Assembly (NCBI GenBank): GCA_013239625.1
Contig: MU054323.1
Location: 12,841,694 to 12,878,898 of the forward strand
DNA from: Lama guanicoe
Lineage: Eukaryota
Length of the DNA: 37,205 bases
Direction of reading: 5' to 3'
A model generated the notes under the pieces. The model saw nothing but the letters and a program-made list of their open reading frames with translations, searched no databases and was not told the origin of the DNA. The position numbers and the translations under genes were made by a program. Shown here one piece after another: positions 22,954 through 36,184 of this stretch (position 1 is the stretch's first letter; the number at the start of each line of letters is the position of its first letter).

Positions 22954-24669
22954 AAAATAACATTTATGGAAATATTGGTTAGTTTAGAATTCAGAAGCAG
23001 CTTGAATTAACATGGAATTATATTCTCCAGTATTTATACCCTGCTTTTTACCAGTGGAGTATAAAGTACCCATCTTTCATCATTCAGCTTCTCCCCCACC
23101 CCACCACGCCACATCTGATCCAAATCCAAATAATTAACATTTTCTTTATCATAAGATCACATCTTTTTCTTCTTTAGTATGGTAAAAGCAGTGTATTATA
23201 CATATAATCCAAATATGAAGCAAATTAATTAAAACCACGTACATTCAAAGGAACTATCTTATGTTCAAACGAAAAATAAATTGTGCAAACCAATGTCATC
23301 ATTGTCTGTAACGTTCATATTAGTGTTAGATAAATGCAGTTCAGTCATTGAAGATTAATGTTAGATTATTTTATGTTCATTATTAAAAGGATTTTGCTAA
23401 TGAATTTTAATTACCCAGTTATCTCTTACACCTATTCTTTTAAATTGTGAAGGCCTGCCCATCAGGTCGTCGTGCCGCTGAAGATGATTGTGCAGCAGGA
23501 ATCCCCTTCACCCTTGAATTTCTGGGGGGACGTTGCATTGAATTGGAAATTTGAGATTGTAGCAGTTTCCTGTCACTGGAGACTGTTCATACTGCAACTT
23601 GAGTTTCTTAACTGTGGAAGCTAATTGAGATTTCACAGCTTTTAAATAAGTATTTTTAGAGCATCTGTTCTTGATACTGTATTTTAGTATTTACTAAGTT
23701 ATACTTTACTGGGAAACCCATCAATCTTTACAGCTAGAATACTCCGTATATGTTTGCTGAATGTTGAATTTGAAAAAATAACCTCAATTTTGAATTTCCT
23801 GCTAATTAGCAGGAATAATTGAGAGTAGGTAAATTAAAGATTACATTTTCATCTGGCCCTTCAGTAACCTGCGAGCTGTAGAGACCAGCCTTTCTAAAAT
23901 CATTCCAGTCCAAATCTTCAGCCCAGTGCCAAAGCTAACAGGAACAGAGCAGTTGCTGTGACCACACTGAGGGTAATGTAGAGGTCCCAGGGGGTAGTAA
24001 TTCACAGTTTGATTGGGTGTATTTTTTTAACGGAAATGAGATAAAGGAATGTCAGTGTTTTCTTACAGGGTTTCCTTAAAAAATGATGAATTACATGCAT
24101 AAATTAGTCTGCTTTGAGATCCTTAGAAGAAGTGATAAGAGGCTGGAGTCCATGAATTAACTGCTTAAGTAACTGGAAATATGTTCACTCTATTTCTCAA
24201 CATAGCAAACAAAGCTTTGCCTCTGTATTACAAGGTGGTCATTTGTTCTGCGTTGCAGATTTCTCCCCCATGTTTTAGTGTCTTGGAATATGCTTGTGCT
24301 GTACTGTGTTTTCACGTATCTTCTTCATAAAAGTTCATCCACATGCGTTGTTGTACTTGGCAGGCTTGGTACTGACCTTGATGGGTGGCCATTTGTGTGA
24401 GTGGAGAGTATCTGGCTGCCATTATGGAGCCACTGATGGAGAACAGGCGGTGGCCTGGAGCACGTGGTCTGCTAATTCAGGCTGACCTGGGTCACATTTG
24501 GCTTGCACAGTGAGGGGGGTATGGCTTTAAACTTTGAGAAAATGCGTTTCATTTTTATACTTATTTTAAATATCCTTTTCCTAAATACAAGATGCTTGTA
24601 ATGGACAGATTGAAGATTAGAGCTTTTTGAGACTCTTTATACTTGTACTTCAGTACTATTTAAGCACGG

Positions 24670-24950
24670 GTCTCAATAAGGAATCTTTTAGTTCTAAGGG
24701 ACAGAAACCCAATTCAAATTGGCTGTTAAAAGGGAACTTTGTTGGTTCTTGTAACCAGAAAGACTAGGGGTTTCTGATCAGAGATAGCTGGGCTCGGGGC
24801 TCAAACAGACCGCCAGGTCTTTCTCTTTCCCTCTTTTCTCATCCTTGTTCTCGTGTCTCTGTTTTTCTCTGCCTGCCTCAGTATCAGAATGTCTGTTGTC
24901 AGAAAAGCACCAGATTTCATTGTCCATAGACCTCACAATCCAAGAGGAAG
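24670..24950. mobile_element. Old MaLR (MLT1-like) LTR fragment
   Basis: cttttagttctaagggacagaaacccaattcaaattggct...aaaagggaa...ttggttcttgtaac resembles recalled old MLT1 termini. Confidence 0.6.
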
Positions 24951-24974
24951 AGAGATCACGTACCATGGCCGAGG

Positions 24975-25145
24975 TTAAAGCCCTTACCCTCTTGTGCTTC
25001 ACTTCCCTTACCTGGAGAATGGAGAGAGCAGTAATGCCCACCTCATTTGGATATTGAGGGATTAAATGGGTTAATATTTGTGAAATGCTTGAAATAGTGC
25101 CTGGTGTGTAGTAAATCCTCAGTTAATGTCGACTGTTATTATTAT
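24975..25145 (+). mobile_element. MIR SINE (3' half)
   Basis: cccacctca...gagggattaaatgggttaatatttgtgaaatgcttgaaatagtgcctggtgtgtagtaa. Confidence 0.8.
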
Positions 25146-25489
25146 CCCCACTTTAAAGGAGGGGAAGACTAGGTACGAGCAAATAAAACTGCCCAGTCCT
25201 TCATAACTCGGCAAAAGCAATCTTTACTACCTAGAAAATCTGAAAACATTGCAATAGTTACAGTGTTTCCTGCTCAGTATGCCGAGTCCTGCCCTTGAGC
25301 TTTTCAGGTATCTGAGAGGTGGAAACAATGCCTTCCATTCTAGCTCTGCACTCCACCTGCCTTAATGACCACACGCAGCATTTGAAAGTTACTGAAAAAA
25401 TATACTAGAACTCGCTCCTGTGGCTGTAGCTGTGCTTTTATTTTTTGGAATAATTATAGCTACTATTGTTTATTCAGAATTGTGTAGTC

Positions 25490-25683
25490 ACTACCGTTTA
25501 CTGAACACTGTATGCCAGGTGCTGAATAATCCTAGGAAGCAGGCACTATTTATGTTTTTACTGATGAAAAAACTGAAGCACAGAAAATCTAAGTGACTTA
25601 CGCAAGGCCTTAGAGCTGGGCCAGAATTCAAACCAGGTCTGCCTTGGATTTCGAAGGCCATGCTTTGAATCACCATGCTGTAT
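25490..25683 (-). mobile_element. MIR SINE
   Basis: tttactgaacactgtatgccagg...gatgaaaaaactgaagcacaga...aagtgactt...gaattcaaaccaggtctgcc...atgctttgaatcaccatgctgt. Confidence 0.85.
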
Positions 25684-26342
25684 CTAAGGAAGCTATGAGA
25701 AGGCAGATACCAGTGTAAGATTTGGCATCATCTGGAGGAAAGGGGTTGAACCCGCGTAGGCAGGAAGAAGTGAACAGAGGCTTTTGTGAGAAAGGCTTGG
25801 TTGCAGAACTCAGCATCTCAGGGCCTACAATTTAGGTGAAAGGAGGGGAAACGGAGTGCACACAATATCAGGATGCAGTCCTGTGTGGGAAAGAACGTGC
25901 TCGAGGGTGCGTGAAGCTGGCTTCTGCTAAGGCCAGGAGGGGGGCTACCCAGGGAGGCTGATGGGTGAACCAGGATGTGAATTCCAAGATAATAGATTTG
26001 TAGGAGAAAAATGGGCAATAATTAGTTCATAGATAGGCGAGGTAAAAGAGAGGGAGAAGTGATAAATAGCATAAAATAAACTTTATCACTGATAGTGAAA
26101 AATTTAGGAAAAAACCTAGAAAGTTACAGAACAGAGAAACCTAGGTACTACCTGAGGAACTTCCCAGTGGGACGGAAGAAAGTACTCCCACTTAGAGCAC
26201 ACTTCTTAAGGCCCTAAATGCTGGCTTCAGTCAGATCCCCGTCAGGGCACTCTGAAGGTCTTTTAGAGTCAGATTATGTTGATGGAACTACACATCGGTT
26301 TTCCCTGGGACAGCACCCTGAGTACATCTTAGTAGTCTTATG

Positions 26343-26435
26343 CAGCACTTCCCAAACTTGCCTGAACATATGAACCACTTCCAAGGTGCTTGTTAAAATG
26401 CCACTTTTCAGCCCAGCCCTCAGAAATTCGGGGTC
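26343..26435 (+). mobile_element. MER5-family MITE fragment
   Basis: cagcacttcccaaacttgcctga...ggtgcttgttaaaatg...cccagccctcaga. Confidence 0.55.
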
Positions 26436-27013
26436 CAGTGAGGGTGGTGATTATGGGCCCTTTTGGAAGAGAGGTAGGCTGTTAATCTTCAGTAGCTCCA
26501 GATGTTTTCCTGTCTCACACCCAAGTAAGCACAGAACAGAGGCAAAAAGGGCATTTACCAAGGCCTGGAGGCCAGCGCTGGGATGTAACAGGGGCTGGGG
26601 GCCAGAAGGAACCTCGGAGGTGTTACTGAGGGCCTGGGCTGGGGCGGTTGGAATTGAGCTCTCTGAGGAACAGGTGCTTTGCATCTGACAGACTGCTCAG
26701 GAAAGTAGGTGTAATTATCAGTAGACTTAACTACTTTTTTAGGAATGCTAATACTAGGAATTCGAAACATTCCCTAAGGTTTTAATAATAAGTATTTGTT
26801 ATTCTTCGCACTCTTGGGCTGCTTGCAGATTGCAAACAGACTGACTTGTGTTCTCATTTCTAATCTTTTAAGGCAAGATAATAAAAAAGAACTTCTCCTT
26901 AAATAGTAAGCAATGTCCCCTGGAGAAGTTTTGGGAGAAAGCTGGACGTGGGTAGGGGACGTGGGTGGGGTCGGGAGAAGGCCCGAGGGCTTCTGCATCT
27001 GCTGATTCCCAGG

Positions 27014-28432
27014 CAGCCGTTCTCCAAGGGTGGTTGTGGAGCCCTGAGGCTCCCCAGGCCTTTCAGAGTGTCCTCAGGTCACGACCATCTTCACAGCAAT
27101 ACTGAGATACTGTTTACCTGTCACTGTGTTGACACTGAATCGGCAGAAGCAGGGGGCGGCCAAACTGTCGGTCCCTTCACCCAAATCAAGATCGGGACAG
27201 CACGCCGTGCTAGGAGCCATCCTGTGCTTTGCTGCCACGAGTTCGTAGCTGAAAAAGAGAGAAAGACAATTTTGTTTATGAATGTGTTTGATAAAGCAGT
27301 AAATATTATTAAGTGCATTTTTAATATTCTGTGTAATCAACTGGGAAGTACTTGCAGAACACTCGGGCTGCGCGCTAAAGCACAGTGGGTTCGCAAGAAA
27401 AAGCTGAGCCGGCTGCTTCTCCCAGGGAACACTCTTTTTACTTGAAAGAAATACTGACAAACTATGGGTATTCAGACTTGGGTATTTGGCAGACATTCTT
27501 TCAGACATGAACGAACTCATCACTTCTAGGAAACTAATTATTACTATTTGTTACCAATGATAAAATTTTGAGCTTCCAAGAAAAAAATGAGACTTCTGGA
27601 AAACTTGTATCTAGGAACACTAGGAACGTGACTGCTTCCCAATACTTCCAGTACGGGATGAGAGTTTTCTTAGGAGGTTGTGATATTAATGCATATAATT
27701 TTTAATATTATATGAAATGTATTAACATTTGGAAATCTGCACATTTTCCAAATGACTGATGCATGATGTTAAAAAAAAAATCAAGCATGGGTAAAAGATC
27801 CATTCAAAGTTCAAGACAGATCAGTGAGTGTGGGTTTATTTGTTTTTTTAGGCTAATAAATTTTACTGTAACAGTTATTTAATGTAACAGGGAAACATTC
27901 ATTGATAGGATTTCAAATTCCACTTTGCAGGAACTCTAAGGAGCCACCACATGTTGAATTTTGGTGTGGTATCAAAGAATGGTACGCACAATTAGCTGAA
28001 AAAGCTGTTAACATACTTCTCCCTTTTCCAACTACCTATCTGTATGAGGCCAAATTTTTATCATAAACTTAAACCAAAACATCATATGGCAGCAGACTGA
28101 CTACAGAAGCAAGCCTGAGAATCCAGCTGTCCTCTATTAAGCCAGACAGTAAAGAGAGTTGCAAACATGTAAGATGTTGCCCATCTTTCAAGACCTTTTT
28201 TGGGGGGGGATCTAGTTATTTTTCATAAAAACCATTATGTGTATGAATATAATAAGATTTGTTATTTTATTTTAGAGTGGGTGAATAAATATTTAAAATG
28301 TACTCAGTTTTAATTTCTAGTCTGATGAGTATTGATAGATTAGAGCACCCATAAAGAGAAGCTCTGTGGAGTCCCTCAGTAATTCATAAGGGTTTAAAGA
28401 GGTCCTGAAACCAAAAAGTTTAAGAACTGCTC
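27014..28432 (+). mobile_element. Charlie1a-like hAT DNA transposon, near full length and decayed
   Basis: Degenerate terminal inverted repeats (CAGCCGTTCTCCAAG ... AAGTTTAAGAACTGCTC). Internal transposase relics (NVFDKAVNII, IFNILCNQLGS; ccaactacctatctgtatgaggcc = PTTYLYEA, hAT dimerisation motif). About 1.42 kb. Confidence 0.88.
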
Positions 28433-28764
28433 AGGTCTGACTAAAAGGAACGCTCCAAGATCCTTGTCTGGGCTTCCTTGATGACTTCGTCTTTATGTTC
28501 ATCTCTTCAGTCTGAAATCATGAAAAAGACATCTAGGCTCTCCCAGCCCCCATGAGTACACCCAGTTCCTACCAGCCAACACTGAAAGTCTTCTGTATCT
28601 GGCACAGGAAGCAATCACTGAAGCTCTTCTCAGACAGGCCACATCCTGCCTCGTATTATGAAATTTAGGTGGGGGAAACCCAGTTGATTCAAGTTCTCAG
28701 TATTTTTCCCATGAGAAGCTGCTTTTTATTATCACAGATCTGATAATTTCCACTTAGGAGGTAA

Positions 28765-28885
28765 GGTTTTAATAAAGCTGTCAGCTTGGTGTTTGGAATC
28801 AGACAGGCTCACCTATTTCATAGCTTTAAAGTTTGGGCAAGTTTTTTTTTTTTTTTTAATCTCTCTGAGCTGCAGTTCCCTATAC
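28765..28885 (+). mobile_element. MIR SINE fragment
   Basis: tttggaatcagacagg...tttgggcaagtt...taatctctctgagctgcagttccct. Confidence 0.65.
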
Positions 28886-31800
28886 ACGAGGTAAAAACTG
28901 GGTTAATGATAGGTTTAATGGTGGTGTTGATCCTTAGCAGGTGTGTTAATAGGTTTTAACTCTCATTCCCCTTGTTTCTATTGGCAGTTTTCTTGGACTT
29001 GGGAGTTTGAGGTGGCAGTTAGCTTGAGCGCTGTTTGTGTCACAGCTGAATGACTACAGACTCCTGTCAGAGAGAGCTGTTCAGCCCCACTGTTGGATAT
29101 ATTTGATTAAGTACATATTTTTTATAATAAATCCTACCCCCCTACACACATGCACACAGATTGCACAAAAAAGGCAAGGTGATTTGGCATATGATCAGTC
29201 AGACCTTTTAGATTATCAGCTAATGTCTACTTGGCTCTTCTGATAAATACTTTGATAATCACACAAGCAAGAATAAATAGCCTTCAGTGAAAGTGTCAGT
29301 CCTGAGGGACTAGCTCTGTTCTTTTGAAGATATGTATTCCGTATTTTTAGATATGAGCACATAAATGGTCTAAATCATCCCAGACCTTGTGCAGAATGGT
29401 CCTTCTGTACTAAATCATTCTCTATGTGCTAAGTTTAAAATGTAGTCTTGATTTTTCTCTAGTCTTTTAGGGAAGTTCTTTCTCTACTGAAAACAGAGCA
29501 TTAAAAAGAGAGGGCCCATCACTGTTTTCTGGGGTTTTATTCTTTTATCCCCCATTCCATGGAGATGTCCCCTGACCTCTGGTACTGTGGCTCCTGGAAG
29601 GCTAGAGAGTTGTTATTGTGCAGGGTTAGGGAACCCATACGCACAGCATATTTTCTCAAAGGACACTCAAAGTATAAATGCTTTGAGGTGGTGGGAAGAA
29701 AAAAGATGTTAAAAGGGAACCTTAAAACTTAGAAACAGTTTCGTACCACAGTGGTCTGTACATCATGAAGTCGCCTTTGATGTGTCCCAGCAGTTACGCC
29801 CAGATTTGCTGTGACTCTGCTCTCCCCACTCTCTTGACTGAGCCTAAACTCTTCCTCACTCTCTACTCAGCATCCTTCCTATTTATCCTCAGCTCTTCCA
29901 TCACCCTCCCAGATCACGCTGTTTGCTTTCAATTCTTAAAGATTGGTTTAGGGTCGCTTAACCTCTCTCTCTGTTTTGATGTTACCGTCTTTCCTTAAAG
30001 ACCACCTTCTAGTACCAGTTTTAACTTATGATCAAGTGCTTTCAGGTGTGAAATTCATGAACTTTAGAAACTGGAAAGAAAATGGCATTGCTTTAGAGAT
30101 CATTTACTTAAATTTCTGGGAGTGTGTGAAAGGTTGCAAAGTACCAGATTCTCTGCGAGCTCACTGTTTCTGTCCATGTTCATTCACAGAAATGGACACA
30201 GTGGTAACTCAGGCTTCACATTCATTCAGTCCCATGCTCCTAGTACTTTAAATATTGTCTTTCAGGCCACTTGGGTACAGTTCGCCCCTAAGGAACAAAC
30301 CTGATACTTGTGTTCAGCTAATAGTGCTTGAAACTAACCACCTCCTCAAATGCTTGAAATAAATACTCTTTTGATAAAACCATATACTCAGAGAGTGTTG
30401 GAAGTACAAAAGATCATTTAGAAAATCATTTCATAGATGAGTGCCCTTGTTCTTATTAAATGACTTGCTTGTTGGAGGCAGACCTAAAGCAGAATGCCAG
30501 CCACTTCGCTTGCCAGCATTCTCTTTCCTGTAAAGGACTCCAGTTTTGTTTTGTTTTAATATAATGGAATTATTTCAGAATGAGTCGCTAGAAATAATCC
30601 TGTTCTGAAAAACCTAAGAGATGAACTGTAAATATGTCTCTGTATTTGAGTTAACAAATAAGAGAGTGCTTTGAATCCAGTAGAGGAAATAGGCAAATTA
30701 ATTTAATGTTCTTTGTTTTATTGGTAGGTAAATCTTCTTTAGATGGTTGTCATACTTAAAGTAGGAAGAAGTATATTCTGTGCAGGAGTGAAAATAAGTT
30801 AGAATTCTGTTTTCAATCTTTATCATACACATAGCCTAATCAAGTTCTTCTGAAGTGTGACTATTACAGGGGCTCATTTGTGGTATCAAGTTCAAGTAAA
30901 TGTTGGTTCTCTGCTCTCTCTCCAGTGACCTTTGCCATTTTGTTGAGTATCTGAAAGTATCAGAGACACTCTGAGATCATCTCAAAGTACTTGAGAGGCT
31001 CTGAAATACATACTAAATCTGTTTATTACTAAATCAGGAACTATTTCCTGAGCACTGCTTAATGTTTTAGCTAGATGCAGTAACTACAGCAAACAACATG
31101 AGTTTTGTTTGAAACGCAAATGTATTGCATGTAACTAAGACTTCATAAAAGTAAGCGTTGTTGCTTTTGGCTTTTAATTATTAAATAGGCATTATTTATT
31201 TTTTTCTTTCCAAAGAAAGGAAAAAATTTGATAAAAAGAGAAAATTTCCCCGCTTTTGATGAAGTAATTCAGTGAACCTTTTATTTATGTATTATAACCA
31301 TATGTACCCAGCCAGAAGTTTTTCTTCTCTTCTGTCTCTCCTACAACTAAATAGCTTTGGGCAGAAGCATGCAACCTTTTTGCTATTAAGTTTCTCTGAA
31401 GTAAGGCCAGAGAGCTTTAAAAATATTTTGACCTAAGATGGTTCAGGAGTCTGGTTATGACTCGATTCGTTCTGACTGATTTGATTGAATAACATCTTGG
31501 ATTGTCAAAGAAGTGATGTAATGAGTGTTTTCTCATTCTTGCAGGATATGCTTAGGCTAACAAATATATCTCCCACCTAGTATAATACAGAGAACTTCCC
31601 AACCTGCTCCCTCCAATTGAGGTACAGTTTCCTTGCTCAGAAACCGGTCTCTTTTTACTTTGATTAGGATCTGTTAGATTCTTGTCCTTTTCTTTCTTAA
31701 GAGGAAGTTTGGACTCACTCCCTATAACTTTTTTTTTAATTTTCAATTTTAAAAGTTAATATTGTAAAAACTGGAAAAAAATCTCAAACTTAGTGGCAGT

Positions 31801-32906
31801 GGCAGGTATCCTGAAGTTTTGCAAAGTAAGCTGCTAATGCAGTGCTTCGTCCTTCTCAAATACATGGACGCTCTCCTACATAACCTCCTACGTAACAGAC
31901 ATATTGTTACCAGCTAATCCTCATAAGACAACCCCGTGAAGGCCAGTCAGTTGGCAAAAAAAGAACATCTGAGTGCTGCATTTTACAGAGTCATGACAAT
32001 TCACAGTTGAGAGGTCTCAGTATATAACAGAAAAAATATATATACTTACCGAAAACTGAATGACAAGTGAAGAGGCAGGTGAAGATGATCATGGTGGTGA
32101 GACTGCCGCCCGTATGTTTGCCTGGGACTCCAGAGTGTCTGCGTTCACTTCGATGCTGAGTCTGTGAGGTCTTGTGTTGACTCATCATGTGACCACTGGA
32201 TAGTGCCAGCCTTTGGCTTTGCATTTGGCCCCAGTACTTTTTCTCAAGAGTCAGCCATCTTAGTCTCATTGGCCTCCTTCCTGACGTAGCTTTTGAGAGC
32301 ACAGTTATTCCACAAAGTGCAGGTATGTCAGCACAGCAGGGGGAGTGCAGGTTGAAGCTGTTCACTGCTCCTTAAGGGTGGTCTCGCATGAATGAGTGTC
32401 CTGCCCTGGAGCTAGCTCTCTTGCTGAACAGTAAGAAAACTCGCCCTCTGTGATGAGCTATACACACCCTTTGATTTCACTTTATTCCTGAGAAAATAGT
32501 CCTAAATGAAGTTCTTCATATAATTTTCTTCGATATTAGAAAGTGCCATTGTCAAAGTGACATGGTTGTGACATAGGTATGCTGAAGAATAGTTTTTCTT
32601 AGAAAAAGTGAAAAGGTTGATTAATAAGGTTGGTTCTTTGAAAGAACTATTATAGGAAATCTCAATATAAGAAACTGTTTTCCTGAGAGAAATGTACAGG
32701 TTTACATAAATGTTGATTAATTTTAAAGTTTTTTTTTCTTTTAACATTTAAAGAAATTCAGAAAGCATTCACACATCCCATCACCTTATCAAAGTGACTT
32801 GTGTTCTTTCTTTATGTGTCTATTTGGATAACTTTCACACTAAGAATCTTATTTATATTAAAAAGTTATTACACAGGTAGATTCTGATTATGTATGTACT
32901 TTTAAG

Positions 32907-33002
32907 GCTCTTGCAGACCAATTTGAAGATAAGACCACGTCTGTGCTGGAACGCCTGAAGGTTTTCTATTGCTGCCGAGTACCACCTCACTGGGCCATTC
33001 AG
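32907..33002 (+). CDS. TTC27: TTC27 internal coding exon (96 bp, phase 0/0; probably exon 11)
   Basis: ttttaag acceptor and GTATTT donor. Translates [32 protein letters not shown], continuing the previous exon in frame as in recalled TTC27. Confidence 0.94.
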
Positions 33003-33689
33003 GTATTTTTGTTGTCGTCATTGGGTATGGAGAATACTTCACATGTGAAAGAAAAAGCATTAGAAAAGAATGACTTTCAATTTGTGTTTGAGTTTTCAAA
33101 TATTTCAGTGAAAAGAATAAAAGTATCTAGCTGGGGATTGCCAGTTACTTCAAATTGCTATTTTGAGTGAAGTTATATTAGACTTCTAAAACTTTTTTTA
33201 AATTTTAAACTAGATTAAATAGAATCCTTGAAACTAAATGATTGGAGAACCACAAAAGTTTCCATTTTTCAAATAACTTTTTATATTTAAAATCCCTTTA
33301 AAAGGGACTTTATGCTAAAGAATGAATCTTTTAAGCAACTTGTTTACAAAAAGTAAAAGAAAGCATTTATTTGATACGCAATATTGTGAGATATCCTTAA
33401 GTACGCTTCTCTTTCTAAGGATGTAGGAATAGCTAGTTTAGCTCCTGCCCTGTGGTTCTCCTGTGTTATAGGCGTGGTTCCCCTGTTCTGTAAAACTGTT
33501 AGCCCCTGTGGCAACTGGGACACCTGGTCCAGCTCCTTAATTCTACAGACAAGAAAATTGAGGCCTATTGCAATTAACCACACTTTTCCAATGTTGATCA
33601 CACAGCTGTTCATAAACTACATCTCTAGTTTTTCAACTTTTAGTGTAGTTTACCTCCTTTCCTATCCCTTCATTGCGTTGTAATTGTAC

Positions 33690-33905
33690 CAGGTAATAAC
33701 AACCAACTTTTACTGCGCATTTATTATGAGGCACACATTTTGTTCTGCCTTCACATGCATTGTCTTATTTTATTGCAACAATTTTGTGAAATATCCCCAT
33801 TGTACAGATGTGGAAGTTATAGCAGAGAAAAGCTAAGTGGAATCAAAAGGTACCAGCCAGAAATTTCTAGATGACTTGGTAACTGTTGTCATTTTAACCA
33901 GCTTC
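33690..33905 (-). mobile_element. MIR SINE
   Basis: tactgcgcatttattatgaggcac...atccccattgtacagatgtggaa...aaaggtaccagccagaaa. Confidence 0.65.
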
Positions 33906-34012
33906 CAGTCCTCTCTGGTGGATTATACACATAGGTAGTGACTTAGAACTACAAATGCCAACCCACTATATAACGAATCTCCATCATAAGATTTCTTAGA
34001 ATAGGTTATATT

Positions 34013-34249
34013 CTGTTTGTTTTTATTGAAGTGTAGTTGATTTACAATGTTTTGTTAGTTTCAGGTGTATAGTATCGTATACATATATATGTTTTTTTCA
34101 GATTCTTTTCCATTGTAGGTTATTACAAGATATTGAATGTAATTCCCTGTGCTATACAGTGGACTCTTGTTGTTTACCTGTTTTATATACAGTAGTGTGT
34201 ATCTGTTAATCCCAAACTTCTAATTTATCCCCCCTCCTTTCCCCTTTGG
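34013..34249 (-). mobile_element. Artiodactyl/camelid L1 3' end with diverged TSD
   Basis: ttttattgaagtgtagttgatttacaatgtt...ccctgtgctatacagt...cccctttggt. TAGAATAGGTTATATT (33997-34012) versus TAGAGTAGGCTGTATT (34250-34265). Confidence 0.88.
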
Positions 34250-35354
34250 TAGAGTAGGCTGTATTTTTAAGCACAAGATAAACAAGGGGGTTTATTACAC
34301 ATTGGGGTTCACTTTATCTATTGAAGGGGGGCTCAGTAACACATAGACACATAAAAAGCTTTGTTATATCATCTCAAAAGGAGTAGCTTCTTCATCAAGA
34401 AGGTGTTAACAACTGGAGCTTTTCGGCATGTTTTTGACCCTGACCTGTGAAATTTGTTAAGTGCTTTGTACTTTGTGGTTTGTGGTATACAAAGATTTCA
34501 GGCTCTGAGCTATTATTAAGACAAAAAATGTCTGTTGAGGGTGTAGCTGTTACTCAGTTTCTGAACAGAATCATTAGGAAAATTAAACACTGTTGAAACA
34601 GAATTTAGGCTAAGTGTTTATTTTATCTGCTTAGGAGGCTGTGGATTTTAGGATCTTTGGGCAGTTAGAAAAACATTCTCTTTCATTAAGAAATTAAATC
34701 ATTTTTTCTTTCTTTTTAGGGAGTAACCATATCTTTTTGTACTATTTTTAAAGATCAAGAAATAACAGCATGGTTTATTGTAAAAGGAGAATTTGCCTTT
34801 AGCTAGCCATATCAGCTTAGGTGCCGTAACTTTCTTCATTTGTTGAAAGAAAAGATTAAACTACTTACTACTTGAGCACCAAGACTTATTCCAGCTCCCA
34901 CATGCTGTGTTCAGTTTTTGAAAATGTCCAATCACATATTCTAAAATAGCCAAATTCGCCTGTATTTCATGGAATGCAGAAGAACTGGACCATCCCTTTT
35001 GTTTATTTTGATAATATATTAGCTTATAATTTTCAGGTGTATTTCATTTTACTTTCTAATTTTGTTAGTCCTGCATTTTCCATGTCCATTAGCTTCTTAA
35101 CTCTTAAATATGTATTGAATTTTGAAACCATACCTTATTTACGAGTCTCACCTAATTTTTTAACCTTTCTAATACTGTTTTCTATGCCTGCAGGATGGAC
35201 CACTTATAAACTACAATAGATTTAATTTTGAGTATGTTTAACCTTCACTCACCTTGCCACAAAATTTGTGCCCTTTTATCTGCCAAGGACTGGAAAATTA
35301 GATAGCTAGGTTTTTTAGAATGTGCTTAAAGTAAATTAGTGTTTTGTTTTCCTC

Positions 35355-35536
35355 AGCTATATACCCAGAAGTGGGATTGCTGGATCATGGGGTGGTTCTG
35401 TTTTCAGTTTCTAGAGGAACCTCTGTTTTCTGTAGTGGCTACACCACTTTACATTCCCACCAACAGTGCGCAAGAGTCCCCTTTCCCCCACATCCTCAGC
35501 AGCACCTCTTATCTTTTTGTTAATAGCCATTTTAAC
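35355..35536 (-). mobile_element. L1 ORF2 C-terminal fragment
   Basis: atacccagaagtgggattgctggatcatg...acattcccaccaacagtg...ataGCCATTTTAAC. Confidence 0.85.
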
Positions 35537-35911
35537 TAGAGTTTAAAAAATTGATTTATTGGATCTCAGCTTTACAACAGAGATCATATATAGAATCTCT
35601 AGGGAATAAGAAGTATAGATTTTGCTTTTTAAGTTCTCAGTTCTTGGGGGAAAAAATGGATATATTGAATGTTTTGAAACAATTGCTATTTTATTTTTTT
35701 AATTACTCACCTCCTTTAAAGAAGCTTGCTAAAGTATTGAATCATTGCAATTTCCTAATTGAATTATAGAAATTGAGGTTGAATTATATAAATTATGTAT
35801 TTATTACAATTAGCAGACCCTTGAGACAGCGGATTGGATATGTCTGCAAGTGAAACAGGGCTATCTGTCTTTGCATACAGAAGTGTTCATTATTTTAACT
35901 TTATTTTCTAG

Positions 35912-36184
<273 letters not shown>

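Noticed and set aside
26948..27445. 165-aa ORF with hAT transposase-like segments
   Set aside because: GTG start, lies within a decayed Charlie1a, the catalytic TDG motif is lost and the downstream frame is broken. Not a credible gene.
33003..33010. GTATTTTT donor resembling a U12-type 5' splice site
   Set aside because: Does not match GTATCCTT, and no TCCTTAAC branch box is seen before the next acceptor. Treated as a U2 intron.
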